A DNA stretch of 64,000 nucleotides, from NCBI GenBank assembly GCA_050173015.1, contig JBFXLE010000003.1:32001-96000 (forward strand), read 5' to 3'. Source of the stretch: Calditrichaceae bacterium (GTDB lineage Bacteria > Calditrichota > Calditrichia > Calditrichales > JBFXGD01). A program made the translations under genes and the position numbers. Within the stretch, counting starts at the first letter, position 1. Every line of letters begins with the position of its first letter. The notes beneath the pieces are model-generated. The model searched no databases. It saw only the letters and a list, made by a program, of their open reading frames with translations, and had not been told where the DNA came from. Shown here in pieces: positions 41,461-52,389 of the stretch.

Positions 41461-44400
41461 TTACCAGATTAATTCGGGAAGTTTCCGAACCAGAATATGT
41501 GTATCCCTGTTTGATCCCGTAGGTCCCCAGTAGTTAAAATGAAATGTAAACTGTCCGTAACCTCCAACCAGCATATTGGGCTTCAGACGTGTTCTTGTCA
41601 AACTATTGTGTCCGCCGGCCCGCCGGTTTCCGCGCATGGGTGACTTTGGAACCGAGAATGTGCGCTCCGGTGAATGATACTGAATACAAATTCCCCTTGG
41701 AATACGCGCGCTGACACATGCTCTCGTTACCACAACCCCGTTGTCGTTATATACTTCAACCCAGTCGTTATCATTGATGCTAAGTTCGGCCGCGTCCTTA
41801 TCATTCATCCAGAAAGGTTCGATGCCTCGTGAAAGCGTTGTCATACGATGATTGTCCCCATAGGTCGAATGGATATGCCATTTCCCGTGCGGAGTTAAAT
41901 AATTCAGCATCATCGATTTGGTTTCTTTATCGCTGAAGGTCAGATCCGCGTACTGTGATGGTGAAGGCTTCGGTTTATAGGTTGGCAGATGTTCACCAAA
42001 TTGAATATAACCGGGATGATCAAGATAGAAATGCTGTCTTCCGGTTAACGTTCTCCAGGGCACATCTCTTTCGACATTATAAGTGAACGGAGAATAGGCC
42101 CTGCCGTCCGTCACCAGACCGGACCACATTGGACTGTTAACGAATCGCCGGGGCTGCGCCTGAAGATCGGTATATCCCACTCGCACATCCCTTGATTTTT
42201 CCACCAGATCAGCTAAGGGCAATCCGACTTTTTCTTCAAGATTTTTGTAGGACCGATAGGATAATTCACCGTTTGTAACAGTGGCGAGATGCAGGATGAC
42301 ATTGCAGGTATCTTCATCTTCATCCAATGAGGGATAGGTGTTTCCGCCCCAGCTCTCTGTCGGATGCGTTGCCAACATGGCATCATAAAAATCATCTATT
42401 TCGTAGTGTGTTCCATGCGCGCCGATACCTTTATCACGAGCTAATTTACCAAGCGAGACGTACTGGTGATACATGTTTTTGTAATCACGGTACACCAGCT
42501 GCATACCGGGCATTGTTTTCCCCGGAATGGCTTCCACTTCACCGCTGGCCCAATCCCTGATCTCTGTCTGCGCGATTTCCGCGGGTGTGTCATGAGCCAG
42601 AGGTTTGGTGACCAGATCAGGCACATGATCGGGAAAGTGTTTTTGAGATAATTCTGAGAATTTTTTTGAAATTTGTTTAAATATTTCCCAGTCGCTTTTT
42701 GATTCCCAGCAGGGTGGAACCGCTTTGGAAAGCGGATGTATAAAACTATGCATATCCGTTGAGTTCAGATCCGCCTTTTCGTACCAGGTGGCCGCGGGTA
42801 GAACGATATCGGAATAGAGAGCCGATGTGTCCATTCTAAAATTCAGATCAACGATCAGATCCATTTTTCCGGTTGGCAATTTGTCATGCCAGGTCACATC
42901 CTCGACCTGCCCCCTGGCAAAATCGCTGTCACCAATCGCGTTGTTATGAGTGCCAAGATAATGCTTCAGAAAATATTCATGCCCTTTCGCGCTGGCCATC
43001 AACGCGTTGCCTCGCCAAATATACCAAACTCGCGGCCAGTTTTCGGGAGCATCGGGATCTTCTACGGAAAATTTCAGTTTTTTGTTTTTTAAGAGATCCA
43101 CCACATATTTTATGACATCTTTTTCATCATTTGAACCGGTGGCTTTAATCGCTTCCTTCGCCAGTTCTATCGGGCTTTTTTCAAACTGCGGATAGAAAGG
43201 CATCCAGCCGTTTTTAACAGCCCGTATTTGCACATCCATGGTATGCCCCTTCGCCAGGGAGCCTTCTTTCTGGTTTTGAGGGACGGAATGATAATCCGTA
43301 AAGGCTTTTTCATAACGCCACTGGTCCGAATTAACGTAATGCCAGCTTGGCGCGTTTTGGAGTCGTGAGGCGCCGTACCAGTCTTTGGCAAAAGCAATCG
43401 TACCCCATGATTCACCGGGAGCTAATTTTTCCTGCCCCACATAATGCGCCAGACCACCGCCGTTTACTCCGATACAGCCCGTATACATGAGCGCGTGAAT
43501 GCCGGCCCGGTACATTAAATTTCCATGGTACCAGTGATTAATACCCGCGCCGATGATGATTGTGCACTTTCCGTTTGTGTGTTCCGCCGTACTTCCCCAT
43601 TCGCGGGCGAATTTTATCAGATTTTCACGGGACAACCCGGTATATTTTTCTGACCATGCCGGCGTATAAGGAGCATTTTCATCATCATAATCCGCCGGAT
43701 ATTCACCTTTCAATCCCCTCGGAACCCCATATTGAGCCATTAATAAATCATAGACCGTAGTAACAATCTTTATACCGCTTTCTGTTTCTATTTTTTTTAC
43801 GGGAACGCCTCTGAAAATATTATTGGCCTCACCAAAATCATCGAGGCGCACTAAAACTTCTTCATCACTGTTATTCAAAAATGTGAGCAGGGGATTTATT
43901 CTACTTCCATCCGCGCCATCCTTTAATTGGAGATTCCATTTGCCCTTTTCCTTTCCCCAACGGTGTCCGCCACTGCCCATGGGCATTTTCAGCTCAGCAG
44001 TGGATTCATCCCACATGAGAAATTTCCACTCCCCGTTTTCCTGATCAGCATATTTCTTTATCTGACCGGCTCTGAGAAGCTGTCCCGCTTCGAAATGATC
44101 TTTTTCTTTGTTCAACTCCACAAGAAGCGGAGCATCGGTGTATTTTTTTACATAGTCTATAAAATAAGGAGTCTGTTTTTCATGGTGAAACTCCTTCAGG
44201 AGAACGTGGTTAACCGCCATCCACCAAGCGCCATCCTGTCCCGCGTTTATGGACATCCACTCATCCGCGTATTTTGCCACCTGATTAAAATCAGGCGCGA
44301 AAACATACATCTTGGTCCCGTTATGGCGGGATTCGGCGGCGAAATGACAATCCGGTGTGCGTGTCATATTCAGATTTGACCCCATAACGGCCAGTAGTTT

Positions 44401-45099
44401 GGAATTATACCAGTCCGCCGATTCCTGCACATCGGTCTGCTCACCCCATGTTTCGGGTGAGGCGCTTGGGAGATCGCAATACCAGTCGTAGAATGAAAGG
44501 GCCAGACCACCCATTAACTGCAGCATTCTCGCTCCGGCGGCATAACTGATCATCGACATGGCGGGAATCGGTGAAAAACCGGCAATCCTGTCAGGACCGT
44601 GTTTTTTAATCGTATATATATTGGAGGCGGCCATAATCTCTAAAACTGTATCCCAGTCCGTCCGGCGGAATCCGCCCTTTCCGCGCGCCTGTTGCCAGCG
44701 CTGCCGCTTTTCCGGATCTTCCACCATTGATTTCCATGCGTCAACCGGATCATCATACTCCGATTTTGCCTTTTTCCAAAAATCCAGCATCGCGCCGCGG
44801 ATATAAGGATATTTTACACGCAGAGGACTGTACAAATACCAGGAATAAGAAATGCCTCGCTGACAACCACGAGGTTCATAGGGGGGTAAACCATGCTCGA
44901 GGGTGGGATAATCAAGACCCTGCATTTCCCAGGTGACAATCCCGTCTTTTACATGGATGTTCCATGTACAGCTCCCCGTACAATTTACGCCATGGGTGCT
45001 GCGGACAATTTTATCATACTGCCAGCGATTCCTGTAAAATTGTTCCCAGGTTCGTTGCTGGGGAACAACATCATCTCTTATCCACGATTTCCTGCTCAT
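41461..45099 (-). CDS. narG: Respiratory nitrate reductase alpha subunit (cytoplasmic type, no Tat signal)
   Basis: [54 protein letters not shown]; start ATG 45099 (RBS AAGGA) rather than 45138. Confidence 0.97.
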   Translation of the reverse strand: MSRKSWIRDDVVPQQRTWEQFYRNRWQYDKIVRSTHGVNCTGSCTWNIHVKDGIVTWEMQGLDYPTLEHGLPPYEPRGCQRGISYSWYLYSPLRVKYPYIRGAMLDFWKKAKSEYDDPVDAWKSMVEDPEKRQRWQQARGKGGFRRTDWDTVLEIMAASNIYTIKKHGPDRIAGFSPIPAMSMISYAAGARMLQLMGGLALSFYDWYCDLPSASPETWGEQTDVQESADWYNSKLLAVMGSNLNMTRTPDCHFAAESRHNGTKMYVFAPDFNQVAKYADEWMSINAGQDGAWWMAVNHVLLKEFHHEKQTPYFIDYVKKYTDAPLLVELNKEKDHFEAGQLLRAGQIKKYADQENGEWKFLMWDESTAELKMPMGSGGHRWGKEKGKWNLQLKDGADGSRINPLLTFLNNSDEEVLVRLDDFGEANNIFRGVPVKKIETESGIKIVTTVYDLLMAQYGVPRGLKGEYPADYDDENAPYTPAWSEKYTGLSRENLIKFAREWGSTAEHTNGKCTIIIGAGINHWYHGNLMYRAGIHALMYTGCIGVNGGGLAHYVGQEKLAPGESWGTIAFAKDWYGASRLQNAPSWHYVNSDQWRYEKAFTDYHSVPQNQKEGSLAKGHTMDVQIRAVKNGWMPFYPQFEKSPIELAKEAIKATGSNDEKDVIKYVVDLLKNKKLKFSVEDPDAPENWPRVWYIWRGNALMASAKGHEYFLKHYLGTHNNAIGDSDFARGQVEDVTWHDKLPTGKMDLIVDLNFRMDTSALYSDIVLPAATWYEKADLNSTDMHSFIHPLSKAVPPCWESKSDWEIFKQISKKFSELSQKHFPDHVPDLVTKPLAHDTPAEIAQTEIRDWASGEVEAIPGKTMPGMQLVYRDYKNMYHQYVSLGKLARDKGIGAHGTHYEIDDFYDAMLATHPTESWGGNTYPSLDEDEDTCNVILHLATVTNGELSYRSYKNLEEKVGLPLADLVEKSRDVRVGYTDLQAQPRRFVNSPMWSGLVTDGRAYSPFTYNVERDVPWRTLTGRQHFYLDHPGYIQFGEHLPTYKPKPSPSQYADLTFSDKETKSMMLNYLTPHGKWHIHSTYGDNHRMTTLSRGIEPFWMNDKDAAELSINDNDWVEVYNDNGVVVTRACVSARIPRGICIQYHSPERTFSVPKSPMRGNRRAGGHNSLTRTRLKPNMLVGGYGQFTFHFNYWGPTGSNRDTHILVRKLPELIW

Positions 45100-45186
45100 T
45101 ATGTATTCCTTAATTTTTGCAACAATGCATATCGCCAAAACATGTTTAGATTATTGGAAATGATCCGGATCTCTATTCCTGAATTC

Positions 45187-46047
45187 TCAAGTTAGTTTTT
45201 TCTGCTGTACCATCGCCCTTCGGACACCGCGAAAACGTTTATTCCACAGCAAATCAAAAACAACCAAAAGGATTACCGCTCCGACTATTCCAAAGAGTAA
45301 AAAATTGATCATTGATGAGGTGTTCAACGGTTTATCCATCTCCGTTTCGTTTTTGAGATAAGCGACAAGAGGCAATATTTCTGTTTCATCTATTGGTTTG
45401 TTTTTAAAGATTGGATTCATCGTGAGTCCGGGCGGCGCCACAAGCCAGGTCGTCAGCGCTTTTTGCCCGCCAAGCCTGGCGAATGCGCGGGTCAGGTTTA
45501 ACCCCAGAAGCCCCCCGCCAAAACCACTCATACTATTTACAGTATGACACCCTATACAGGCCGGACCTCCGTTTAACAGTTTCTTTTTACCGGTGAAAAT
45601 TGCTTCACCCTCAATGATATCCGATGGCAGAAGCGGACGATCAGCTATCTGGATTCCGGCGAACTGTGATTTATCAAGTTTGGATTCGGCGGCCATCAGA
45701 TCAAGAAGAGCGTTGGCCATTACCCTGGTCATACCCGGTGTATTGGTCATAACGGCGCCGCGCGCTTCTTTTTGCAGCGTTAACGCGTATGGATCTCCGC
45801 TGGCCAGAATTCCCTGTGGATCCATCAGCCAGTTAACCAGCCATTCGCGGGACTGCCGGTCATTGACATTCTTCAGATCCGGACCGGTCAAACGGCCGCC
45901 GCCGATTGTATGACAGCTGACACAGTTTTGTTTGAAATATTCATCCGGGGTCTGAGCATTGATGTGATTTACGAAAACAAAAAGAAAGGCTGTGAGGAGT
46001 AGTACAGCCTTTCTGCAATCAACTTGATTCAGGATTGCCAAAATCAT
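45187..46047 (-). CDS. Membrane-anchored diheme cytochrome c (NarC-like)
   Basis: Signal peptide, CVSCH..GGG...GPDL, CIGCH, C-terminal TM helix and basic tail; first gene of the nar operon. Confidence 0.85.
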   Translation of the reverse strand: MILAILNQVDCRKAVLLLTAFLFVFVNHINAQTPDEYFKQNCVSCHTIGGGRLTGPDLKNVNDRQSREWLVNWLMDPQGILASGDPYALTLQKEARGAVMTNTPGMTRVMANALLDLMAAESKLDKSQFAGIQIADRPLLPSDIIEGEAIFTGKKKLLNGGPACIGCHTVNSMSGFGGGLLGLNLTRAFARLGGQKALTTWLVAPPGLTMNPIFKNKPIDETEILPLVAYLKNETEMDKPLNTSSMINFLLFGIVGAVILLVVFDLLWNKRFRGVRRAMVQQKKLT

Positions 46048-46111
46048 TGATACCTCAATAATTTTTGTGTGGACAGTCTCGTTTATGAGTTTGTGATGTT
46101 GTGATCACTAA

Positions 46112-46127
46112 TACAAGTATTGTGCCA
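46112..46127 (-). promoter_or_regulatory. Putative sigma54 promoter of the nar-act operon
   Basis: Minus strand TGGCACAATACTTGTA (-24 GG, -12 GT), 64 nt upstream of the ATG and immediately downstream of a sigma54 activator gene. Confidence 0.7.
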
Positions 46128-46256
46128 TAATACTACTACGATGTCTCAATTGATTTCATAAAGACTATAAGATGTTGTAATTTTTGAACTTACAAGAATG
46201 TTTTATTCTGGGATGAGAAATTTTAGTGAAGTAAAATATAAAAAAATTCAGCGGAA

Positions 46257-46346
46257 GTGCATACAGGACTATGCACCCGTTTTTTGCATATTCCGTATAA
46301 TCGCATAAAAAACCATAACTTAGGTCGTGCATACAACCCTATACAG
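46257..46346. promoter_or_regulatory. Two putative enhancer (UAS) palindromes
   Basis: GTGCATA-CAGGAC-TATGCAC (46257-46276, perfect) and GTGCATA-CAACCC-TATACAG (46327-46346), 70 bp apart. Confidence 0.6.
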
Positions 46347-46351
46347 CGGAA

Positions 46352-47776
46352 TTATTCAGAAAAATCATCCTTCGCGCTTGAACTGTCAATATTCAACTTC
46401 CTCATAATGCGCTGAAACGCGGCCCTTGTCAATCCGCACAAATCCGCCGCGCGGGAAATATTTCCTTTTGTTCTCATGAGGGAATTTTGTATATACATAC
46501 GCTGAAACTCTTCAATCGCTTTTTGTTTTCCTTCTTCATAGGTCGTCGCGTCATCCATCAGTCCATAACCGTTTTCATCACTTTTTGACAATCCCAGGTG
46601 AGACGGCAATATTTTATCGCCTTTACAGACTATCAGCGCTCTCTGAATGGTATTTTCAAGCTCTCTTACATTTCCTTTCCATTCATGTTTCTTTAATGCG
46701 CTAACCGCCGCGGAAGATAATTCAGGAATTAATTCACCGCCTTCGAAATATTCCTTCACCGATTTTCTGAAAAAATGCTCTGCGAGGACCGGGATACATT
46801 GCGGTCTGTCCTTTAATAAGGGAATTTCTATCTTCATAACCTTTAATCTGTAATACAGATCTTCCCGGAATTGCCCCTTCTGAACCATTTCTTCAAGATT
46901 ATTATTACTCGCGGCAATAAGACGAAAATCAACCGGGATGACCTCATCCCCCCCAAGAGGCCTGATTTGTTTCTCCTGCAGAACACGTAATAATTTTCCC
47001 TGAAACATCAGCGACATGGAAGAAACCTCATCCAAAAAGATTGTACCTCCCCTGACCTGTTCAAACAGACCTTTTGAGTCTTTATGGGCGCCCGTGAACG
47101 CCCCTTTTTTGTATCCGAATAATTCCGATTCCAGAAGCGTATCGGGTAAAGCAATACAGTTGATTGCCAGAAAAGGCTTTTCTTTCACCAGACTCCGATG
47201 ATGTATTTCATGAGCGATTAATTCTTTTCCCGTACCGCTCGCGCCTTCTATTAATACCGGTATTTTACTGGGCGCCACCTGATCAACAAGATCAAGCACA
47301 TCACGCATGATTTTAGATACCGCGATGATATTTTCCGATTTATATTTATCCAGATTCTTTTTAACAACCCTTCGCGAGAGAATTTTATAACCGGTACGCT
47401 CAACAAATGAAAGGATTTCGTTGTTGTCAAACGGTTTTGTAATAAAATGAGAAGCGCCGTTCTGAAGACAAGAAACCGCCAGTTCAATTGTTCCGTACCC
47501 GGTTATAAGAACGACTTCGATGTCAGACCAGTTGGCATTAATTTCATGCAGCAAATCAACTCCGGACATTTTGTCCATCTTCAGATCTGTAAAAACGATA
47601 TCAAAACTATCCCGGCGCAGTGCGACGAGAGCTTCTTCGGCGGAAGCCTTCTCTTCTACTTCGCACCCTAAAGTACCGATAAGCCGCAGAAGACCTCGTC
47701 TGACATCTTCCTGATCATCAACCACCAGTATTTTAATCTGGCTTATATCATAGTATTGTTTGGCGTGCATTTCCAT
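46352..47776 (-). CDS. Sigma54-dependent response regulator (NtrC family)
   Basis: VVDD, D-LKM, FITKP, GASGTGKE, GAFTGA, FLDE, W.GNVREL, GNISRAA..CG HTH. Confidence 0.95.
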   Translation of the reverse strand: MEMHAKQYYDISQIKILVVDDQEDVRRGLLRLIGTLGCEVEEKASAEEALVALRRDSFDIVFTDLKMDKMSGVDLLHEINANWSDIEVVLITGYGTIELAVSCLQNGASHFITKPFDNNEILSFVERTGYKILSRRVVKKNLDKYKSENIIAVSKIMRDVLDLVDQVAPSKIPVLIEGASGTGKELIAHEIHHRSLVKEKPFLAINCIALPDTLLESELFGYKKGAFTGAHKDSKGLFEQVRGGTIFLDEVSSMSLMFQGKLLRVLQEKQIRPLGGDEVIPVDFRLIAASNNNLEEMVQKGQFREDLYYRLKVMKIEIPLLKDRPQCIPVLAEHFFRKSVKEYFEGGELIPELSSAAVSALKKHEWKGNVRELENTIQRALIVCKGDKILPSHLGLSKSDENGYGLMDDATTYEEGKQKAIEEFQRMYIQNSLMRTKGNISRAADLCGLTRAAFQRIMRKLNIDSSSAKDDFSE

Positions 47777-47827
47777 GTTCTGTTTGTTTCCTTCCCGGAT
47801 TAGTTCTGATTTATACGGCTCTCCCGC

Positions 47828-50074
47828 TTATACTTTTACGGGCCACGGTATAAGTACCCGAAAAATGGTTTTCCCCTGAAATGATTCGAGTAATTCAAGA
47901 TCACCATTATGCGCATTGATGATGCTTTTCGCCGTTGATAGTCCCAGGCCTGTTCCCCCGGTGTTTTTTGTGGTAAAGAAGGGTTCAAAAATTTCTCTTT
48001 TATGCTTTATATCCACACCGGGCCCGTTATCCTCCACCTCAACGATCAACGCTTGATCGTTATGAAATGTGGAAAGCTTAATTTTACCTGTTTTTTCCGG
48101 GACCGCCTGCAAAGCATTCAATAACAGATTAACGAACACCTGCTGAATTTGGGTGGCATCTCCCAGGAATGGCTGATCTTTATCCTGAAAATTCTGCTCT
48201 ATGGTCGTCTGCTTTTCCTTGTTTAAAGGCCTTAGAAAACGAATGACATTTATCAGAATCTGGCGGATATTGATTTTCTCTATCCGCGGCTGGGGAAGTT
48301 TGGCGTAGTTCAGAAGCTCGTTGATGATCCGCTGACAGGTTTGTGTATTTCTTTTAATAACGTCCACATGTTCATGAAATTTCGAATTTTCTCTTAACTC
48401 CGATTCCATCATTTGGTTATACATGGAGATCGCCGCAAGCGGACTATTCATTTCGTGCGCCACGACCGCCGCGGTTTTACCAAGAACAGACAAACGGTCC
48501 TGGTGCGCCTGCCTCTCACTCAGCCTCTCCCGCTCAGTAATATCTCTGGAAACTAAAACCTTGCTTGTTGATCCGTCCACCGCCGGTAATTTTGTCGAAA
48601 TAATTTCAAAAACGGCGTTGTCTATCACGATCACACAGGATGTTTTTTTTGACACATCCATTAGACAATGGAGACAATTATTATCTTTACTGGCTCCGTT
48701 TTTGCATTTTCGGATTCTGTTTTCCGCCTCCGCGTTTTCCAGAAAGTTTATCAGCGGAGCCGACGCTTTATTGGAAAGCACCACATTTCCTTCGGAATTC
48801 AGAAGAACAAGCCCATCGGTTAAAGAATGAACTACGGTGTTCAATCGGTCATGCTGGATTCTTAGTTCGACTTCTCGCTTTTGCAAATCATGCGCCGTAC
48901 GTTCGAGACTCATGGTTCTCTCTTGTATCGCTTCCGCCATCATATTGAACGTTCGGGCCAAATTTCCGATTTCATCCTCTGACTGATATTTTATACGTTT
49001 TGAAAAATCTCCTTCTTTTATCCTGTAAGCCATTCTTTGAAGTTCTCCCAGAGGACGAATGACAAACTGAACCGGGAAGTATAGCAGAATCAGCGCTGTC
49101 AAAGCTACAATTAACGCGATACCCAGAACCCTGCTTTCAATGACACCGATCGGTTGCATCGCCTGAGCAGAGTTGAGTTCAATCATCACCTTCCAGCTAT
49201 TGCTATTCAGTGGAAAACTTTGACCAAACATTTCTTTGCCGTTTGCGCAGATGTGACGGCCGTTGTGAGCCACAATGGGCGTCAAGCGGGATTTTTCGTT
49301 AATGTTGATTCTCTCACTTTCAGCAGTATCATTATTATTGTCGAGATACCGCCATGGTACTTCCAACCGCAACCCATTTTGATCAATCACCGTCAGATAC
49401 TTTTCAATTTGTGGATCGGTCCTCCCATAATCGTATTCTCCGGACATATGCCTGACTACCGTTTCAAGATTGATGATACAAACAAGAAATCCCAGTTTTT
49501 CAGTATGATTCAGATTCCAGATATCTGTCACGATAGCGGCTGTTGGAAATGATTCCGGTTTGGATGGCGGAATTATTTGACTAAATCTTTTGGAATTTTC
49601 AATCAGGGCCTGATCAATATATTTTTGTATAGAAACAACGGAATCGTTGGTACCCGTCAGCAGGATTTTATCCTTGTTGTAAATTTCAATGGCAGCAAAA
49701 TCTTCCACCAATGGAAGCTTGTTCTCAATCAGATGTTTTTTTAGCGCTTGATGAACTTTTTGAAAAACGGTTTTTTCATCAAGGACTACAGACCGATCCA
49801 GGAGAATTTTCATATTTGAGCGGATAAATCCGTCTGAAGCAAAATCTTCCGCTCTGCGTTTCAGGGTTTCCAGTTTTTGATCAAATATGACCGCCTGGGC
49901 CATCGATTCGCTTTTCAAACGAATTTGAATTTCTTTATCCAGGCCCCTGTAAACTGAATTGACTACAAAATAACCGCCAAATCCAAAAACGATCAGCGAT
50001 AAAACAACAAAGCTAAGCGGTAACTTATATTTTATGGCGATCTTTGAAAGGGGATCTTTTTTATACCATTTCAT
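47828..50074 (-). CDS. Sensor histidine kinase (periplasmic domain, HAMP, Cys-rich PAS-like domain)
   Basis: Two TMs, DEIG.L..TFN.M HAMP, C-x9-C-x2-C-x9-C, AHEMNSPL, NLLLNA, DNGPG, GTGLGL; start ATG 50074 (RBS GGAAGG). Confidence 0.92.
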   Translation of the reverse strand: MKWYKKDPLSKIAIKYKLPLSFVVLSLIVFGFGGYFVVNSVYRGLDKEIQIRLKSESMAQAVIFDQKLETLKRRAEDFASDGFIRSNMKILLDRSVVLDEKTVFQKVHQALKKHLIENKLPLVEDFAAIEIYNKDKILLTGTNDSVVSIQKYIDQALIENSKRFSQIIPPSKPESFPTAAIVTDIWNLNHTEKLGFLVCIINLETVVRHMSGEYDYGRTDPQIEKYLTVIDQNGLRLEVPWRYLDNNNDTAESERININEKSRLTPIVAHNGRHICANGKEMFGQSFPLNSNSWKVMIELNSAQAMQPIGVIESRVLGIALIVALTALILLYFPVQFVIRPLGELQRMAYRIKEGDFSKRIKYQSEDEIGNLARTFNMMAEAIQERTMSLERTAHDLQKREVELRIQHDRLNTVVHSLTDGLVLLNSEGNVVLSNKASAPLINFLENAEAENRIRKCKNGASKDNNCLHCLMDVSKKTSCVIVIDNAVFEIISTKLPAVDGSTSKVLVSRDITERERLSERQAHQDRLSVLGKTAAVVAHEMNSPLAAISMYNQMMESELRENSKFHEHVDVIKRNTQTCQRIINELLNYAKLPQPRIEKINIRQILINVIRFLRPLNKEKQTTIEQNFQDKDQPFLGDATQIQQVFVNLLLNALQAVPEKTGKIKLSTFHNDQALIVEVEDNGPGVDIKHKREIFEPFFTTKNTGGTGLGLSTAKSIINAHNGDLELLESFQGKTIFRVLIPWPVKV

Positions 50075-50262
50075 GGCAACCTTCCTTTCAAAAGGTTGGT
50101 TTTTTTGTTCTAAAATACTCAGGTCAGGTTTCATAAACATAAGAAGACATGATTATTATATCAAGTTCTCTTCCCGCAGCGTGGTCAGAATAATTTACTA
50201 TTGAAGTGTTTAACGCAATTTATTGTAATTATGTCTCAAAATCAGCGCCGGATCAAATGAGT

Positions 50263-50301
50263 AAAAAAAAGCCGGCGGGTACTTTATTCCCCAGCCGGCT
50301 T
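50263..50301 (-). terminator. Intrinsic terminator ending the TetR/MMPL cluster
   Basis: AAGCCGGC...GCCGGCTT inverted repeat with A8 on the plus strand (U-tract on minus). Confidence 0.7.
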
Positions 50302-50327
50302 CGTTATTGTTCTAAACGAATGGTGAT

Positions 50328-51605
50328 CTAAAAAGAGTATTTTAGCTTTGTATAAACCATATCGTTTTTCTCGTACATGCCAAACATGCCGACACCTTCA
50401 CCGATAAATATATTCGCGCCGACAAGAAGTTCAAATCCGTCTGCGATATCATATGTCAATTTTGGACGAATCAGGCCATCCTCATTGTCAAAACCATAAT
50501 ATACAAACAAATCCACGATGAGAGTTTCATTCAGGAAATCTTTAGCCATCAGGAATGTTGCGGTATTTTGAACTTCGTCCTGAACAATCTCTTCCTCATA
50601 ATCCATGATTCTTTCCTGAATAAACTGCCCGCTAACATCAACACCCCAAACATTGTAGTCAAATCCTAACAGGTAATGCGCATAATCTTTTTCAACCACA
50701 CCTTCTTCGTAGGTTTTTCCCGCCGCCGGATTATCCATAGCGGTATAATTTCTTCCCGTATAATACGCGCCTTCACCGCGGATTACCACGCCGGCGAGAG
50801 TAACTCCAAAACTTCCGCCACCCATTGTAAGCCTGTGATACTCAGGACGGACGGTAATTCCGGTCAACTGATGAGTATTCGGATCCATCTGTTTAATCAA
50901 ATGAACTGAAGGATTGTCATCCCATAAATAGGCGCCCATAAGTTCAAAATCTATCGTTGAGGACAGGAATGAATACTTTCCTGCGATTTCGCTGTTTTCC
51001 AGTGAACCCTTTACTTCTGATTTCGAATAGTCATAAGTGACAGGCGGTACCATCGGCAATGACATCATTTCAGCGGGATTTGGCATTTTAGGAGCCCAGA
51101 TAGAGCCCTGCTCAGCAAAAATTGTCGGTTGAAACTCAGGCAGCCAGACTAGTTCAAAGGTTTGATCACCCAAATAATAATCAAATTTAACAGCATTGAC
51201 ACCGATACGAATTTCTTCGAAATCCGGCAGTAAAAATTCACTCAAATCCTTTGGAGAAATGATATCGGTAATAAACACGCCGTCCGCTTTTCCCCAGATG
51301 ATTTGCTGTTTACCGACTCTAAGATCCGCGTTATCCCACATTAAATCCATATATGCTTCCCGCAGATTGAGATCAATCTCACTCTCCGAATCATGATTTA
51401 CAAAAGGATTGATGAAAAAAGCCGTATTTCCCCGTGAGTATGAAAACTCCATATCGAGGGTATTTTGAGTGACAGAATATTCACCATCTTGTTCCGTCAA
51501 CGCTCCCATATAATTTCTGACATATCCGTGAATATCAATCCCCAATGCAAAACTTTGCTGAAACAGACCAATAATCATCGTTATGATTAAAATGTACTTT
51601 TTCAT
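50328..51605 (-). CDS. Outer-membrane protein, DUF1302-like
   Basis: Signal peptide, LREAY.D, RVGKQQIIWGKADG..ITD.ISP.D, C-terminal KLKYSF; start ATG 51605. Confidence 0.78.
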   Translation of the reverse strand: MKKYILIITMIIGLFQQSFALGIDIHGYVRNYMGALTEQDGEYSVTQNTLDMEFSYSRGNTAFFINPFVNHDSESEIDLNLREAYMDLMWDNADLRVGKQQIIWGKADGVFITDIISPKDLSEFLLPDFEEIRIGVNAVKFDYYLGDQTFELVWLPEFQPTIFAEQGSIWAPKMPNPAEMMSLPMVPPVTYDYSKSEVKGSLENSEIAGKYSFLSSTIDFELMGAYLWDDNPSVHLIKQMDPNTHQLTGITVRPEYHRLTMGGGSFGVTLAGVVIRGEGAYYTGRNYTAMDNPAAGKTYEEGVVEKDYAHYLLGFDYNVWGVDVSGQFIQERIMDYEEEIVQDEVQNTATFLMAKDFLNETLIVDLFVYYGFDNEDGLIRPKLTYDIADGFELLVGANIFIGEGVGMFGMYEKNDMVYTKLKYSF

Positions 51606-51606
51606 C

Positions 51607-52389
51607 CTACAGTCCTCTTTTGAGTGTACGTTCCGTAAACATATTATCCGGAGTATTGATATTATATCGGTAATTGCTGAATACCAGATCTGTTTTGTGA
51701 TTCGACTGGACATTTTCCATCACTCTGTGCATTACTGTCCAGATGCCGTCAACCTGTTCAATTTTTTTGCTGTGATCAATCTTCAGCAGATCACCTTCTT
51801 CGTCATAATATTCTCTCTTCAGGTATATCCAGTTTGATTTGATCACCCAGCTGATTGTTTTTGAATATATTGAGTCTTTTTCTTTCGGAATGCTTTCAAC
51901 GACGTAGCAATCCTGACCGTCAACAGTCTCGCTACGCAATAACTTGTGTGTATCTTCATTTGGTAAGCGGTCGCCTATGTCATCATAAGTAAAGTCCGAA
52001 CCCATGAAATAATCACTTTTGCTTTCTGATGAAATCCGCTTAATTCTTTTTAAGGCAGGCAGATAAATCCATTGATCATCGTCTTTGTTCTCATCAGCAT
52101 AAGTCCAACTCATGAAAGAAGTACCAAGTACATCGGCCGGAGCCAGGAAAAATACAACCGTTTTTTCGTCACCGCCATATTCTTTAGTGTACTGTCTCAC
52201 TTTCCGGACACGGCTGTCACCTGATTTGTTGATCAGGGTCATGATCAAATCGGATGTTTCATCATTACCGTCTTCACGATTATAGTTGTTTTCTATAATC
52301 TGTAAGGCGGTTAATGTTTCCTGTGCAGACACAATATCTATGCCTGACAGCAGGATTCCAATCATAAGAGTTAACAAAAATCTCTTCAT
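51607..52389 (-). CDS. LolA-like outer-membrane lipoprotein-sorting family protein
   Basis: F.APADV.GT.F, DDQWIYLPALKR.KRI, FMGSDFTYDD, FT.R.L. Confidence 0.88.
   Translation of the reverse strand: MKRFLLTLMIGILLSGIDIVSAQETLTALQIIENNYNREDGNDETSDLIMTLINKSGDSRVRKVRQYTKEYGGDEKTVVFFLAPADVLGTSFMSWTYADENKDDDQWIYLPALKRIKRISSESKSDYFMGSDFTYDDIGDRLPNEDTHKLLRSETVDGQDCYVVESIPKEKDSIYSKTISWVIKSNWIYLKREYYDEEGDLLKIDHSKKIEQVDGIWTVMHRVMENVQSNHKTDLVFSNYRYNINTPDNMFTERTLKRGL

Noticed and set aside
41461-45099. Periplasmic Nar/Nxr or perchlorate reductase
   Set aside because: No twin-arginine signal; canonical narGHJI plus narK layout indicates a cytoplasm-facing Nar.
46091-46109. TTGTGAT...ATCACT as a CRP/FNR/Rex site
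   Set aside because: Spacing does not fit TGTGA-N6-TCACA, TTGAT-N4-ATCAA or Rex, and it lies downstream of the promoter.
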